DNA of 64,000 nucleotides from a bacterium (GTDB lineage: Bacteria > 4484-113), in the NCBI GenBank assembly GCA_021163765.1, contig JAGGTK010000099.1, forward strand, positions 80,089 to 144,088. Reading direction: 5' to 3'. The translations under genes and the position numbers were made by a program. This document shows, in pieces, positions 63,252-64,000 of the stretch (positions are counted from its first letter, which is position 1; every line of letters starts with the position of its first letter). The notes below the pieces were generated by a model that was not told the origin of the DNA, made no database searches, and saw only the letters and a program-made list of their open reading frames with translations.

Positions 63252-64000
63252 ATGCCGACAGCCAACCGCGCAAAGTGGACTTCCAGCCGGGGCTGGTGGG
63301 AGCTTCGTAGAATCCGTCCGCTGCTTGCCCGCCACATGAAATACATCTATGTGGCGCTGGCTGCCGCTGCTGTCTTCTCCCTGGCCCAGCTCTCGCTGCC
63401 TGTCGTCATAAAATACCTGTTTGACGAGGTTATTGCGAAACGGCGCGACCTGGTGTTGTTATGGTGGACCCTGGGTGGCCTGGTACTGGCATTGCTCGTC
63501 CGCTCGCTGGCGCTTTCGGTGCGCATCTACAGCATCAACTGTCTGGCGCATACGGTTACAGCTCAGCTCAGGCAGCGGCTGTTCGACCACCTCCAGCATC
63601 TGTCCTATTCCTTCTTCGACCGAAGCCGCGTCGGCGACCTGATGTCCCGGCTTACAAACGACGTAATCACGCTTCAGAACTTCGTGGTCACGTCCCTTGA
63701 GGACTTTTTCGTCGCCCCGCTGATGCTGACGGGCGCGCTCATTATCCTGTTCGTGCGGAGCTGGCAGCTCGGACTGACCATCCTCATAGTATCTATCGTT
63801 GTAGGCTTTGGGCTGCGATTCGTCGGGGGCCGCCTGCGCAAGATTAACCAGCGCATCCAGGATTTCACCGGCGAACTCACGGGCGTGCTCTCAGAAGGGC
63901 TGAACGTTATCCGGCTGACCCAGTCCTTCAATATGGAGGCGAAGGTAAGCGACAAGTTCCACGACGTGAACTGGCGCACGCTGCGGGAGAACCTGAGGGC
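63252..64000 (+). CDS. ABC exporter, fused TMD-NBD type (MsbA-like), N-terminal part; continues beyond window end
   Basis: Open frame from ATG 63252 to the window end. Type I exporter TMD pattern: ...LSYSFFDRSRVGDLMSRLTNDV..., QDFTGELTGVLSEGLNVIRLTQSF. Confidence 0.65.
   Translation, partial: MPTANRAKWTSSRGWWELRRIRPLLARHMKYIYVALAAAAVFSLAQLSLPVVIKYLFDEVIAKRRDLVLLWWTLGGLVLALLVRSLALSVRIYSINCLAHTVTAQLRQRLFDHLQHLSYSFFDRSRVGDLMSRLTNDVITLQNFVVTSLEDFFVAPLMLTGALIILFVRSWQLGLTILIVSIVVGFGLRFVGGRLRKINQRIQDFTGELTGVLSEGLNVIRLTQSFNMEAKVSDKFHDVNWRTLRENLR

Noticed and set aside
1-64000. Mobile elements, prophage, integrative islands, toxin-antitoxin or defence systems
   Set aside because: Reading both strands, I found no transposase, integrase or recombinase motifs, no terminal inverted repeats, and no phage structural genes. 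I also found no nuclease/helicase/methylase combinations. The single tRNA is not flanked by an integrase or direct repeats.

Overview
GC-rich bacterial chromosomal window, densely coding on both strands. I saw no rRNA, CRISPR array, transposase, integrase or phage genes. LpxA, an LpxL-like acyltransferase, an MsbA-like ABC protein, a beta-barrel porin and many lipobox lipoproteins point to a diderm organism; I cannot assign a phylum. All family calls come from reading motifs in the translations, with no database search.

Main blocks:
(1) 1.8-17.2 kb: three large lipoprotein proteases (two subtilisin S8, one papain C1) and one non-catalytic dockerin lipoprotein. All four share an Ig-like + 4x IPT/TIG stalk. 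The three proteases also share a conserved extreme C-terminal tail, PPxLGG(V/L)xQY-COOH. The C1 protease is split from its own signal/pro-region by a single in-frame TGA. A lipoprotein, SpoIID-like, LmbE-like and purA genes sit between the two protease pairs.
(2) 17.2-23.4 kb: PduO-type adenosyltransferase, then a translationally coupled operon (DHS-like, FetA, FetB, Lon-N domain), a CoA-transferase and alanine dehydrogenase.
(3) 23.5-27.1 kb: small glycan locus (epimerase, flippase, GT4), followed by rlmN, a lipoprotein and tRNA-Glu(CUC).
(4) 29.7-39.2 kb: complete Pho supercluster, phoB-phoR | porin-pstSCAB-phoU, with four 11-bp-phased PhoP/PhoB-type boxes.
(5) 39.4-45.5 kb: zinc-ribbon ORF, FG-GAP lipoprotein, a long KamA-family radical SAM protein, a deacetylase and a GNAT.
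(6) folC, lpxL-like, a CPA-type antiporter with TrkA domains, and ftcD-like.
(7) 50.8-57.6 kb: a tightly coupled five-gene operon (four unrecognised membrane proteins plus an S45 penicillin-acylase-family Ntn hydrolase), followed by an apparently circularly permuted CcdA/DsbD-type thiol-disulfide transporter.
(8) lpxA, fabG, fabF, a deacetylase, asnS, a small ORF and a partial msbA-like gene.

A TGCTAnAAT extended -10 motif recurs in intergenic regions. Several genes appear leaderless or nearly so. Several ORF-track starts were trimmed to internal starts supported by signal peptides, SD sequences or neighbouring genes.
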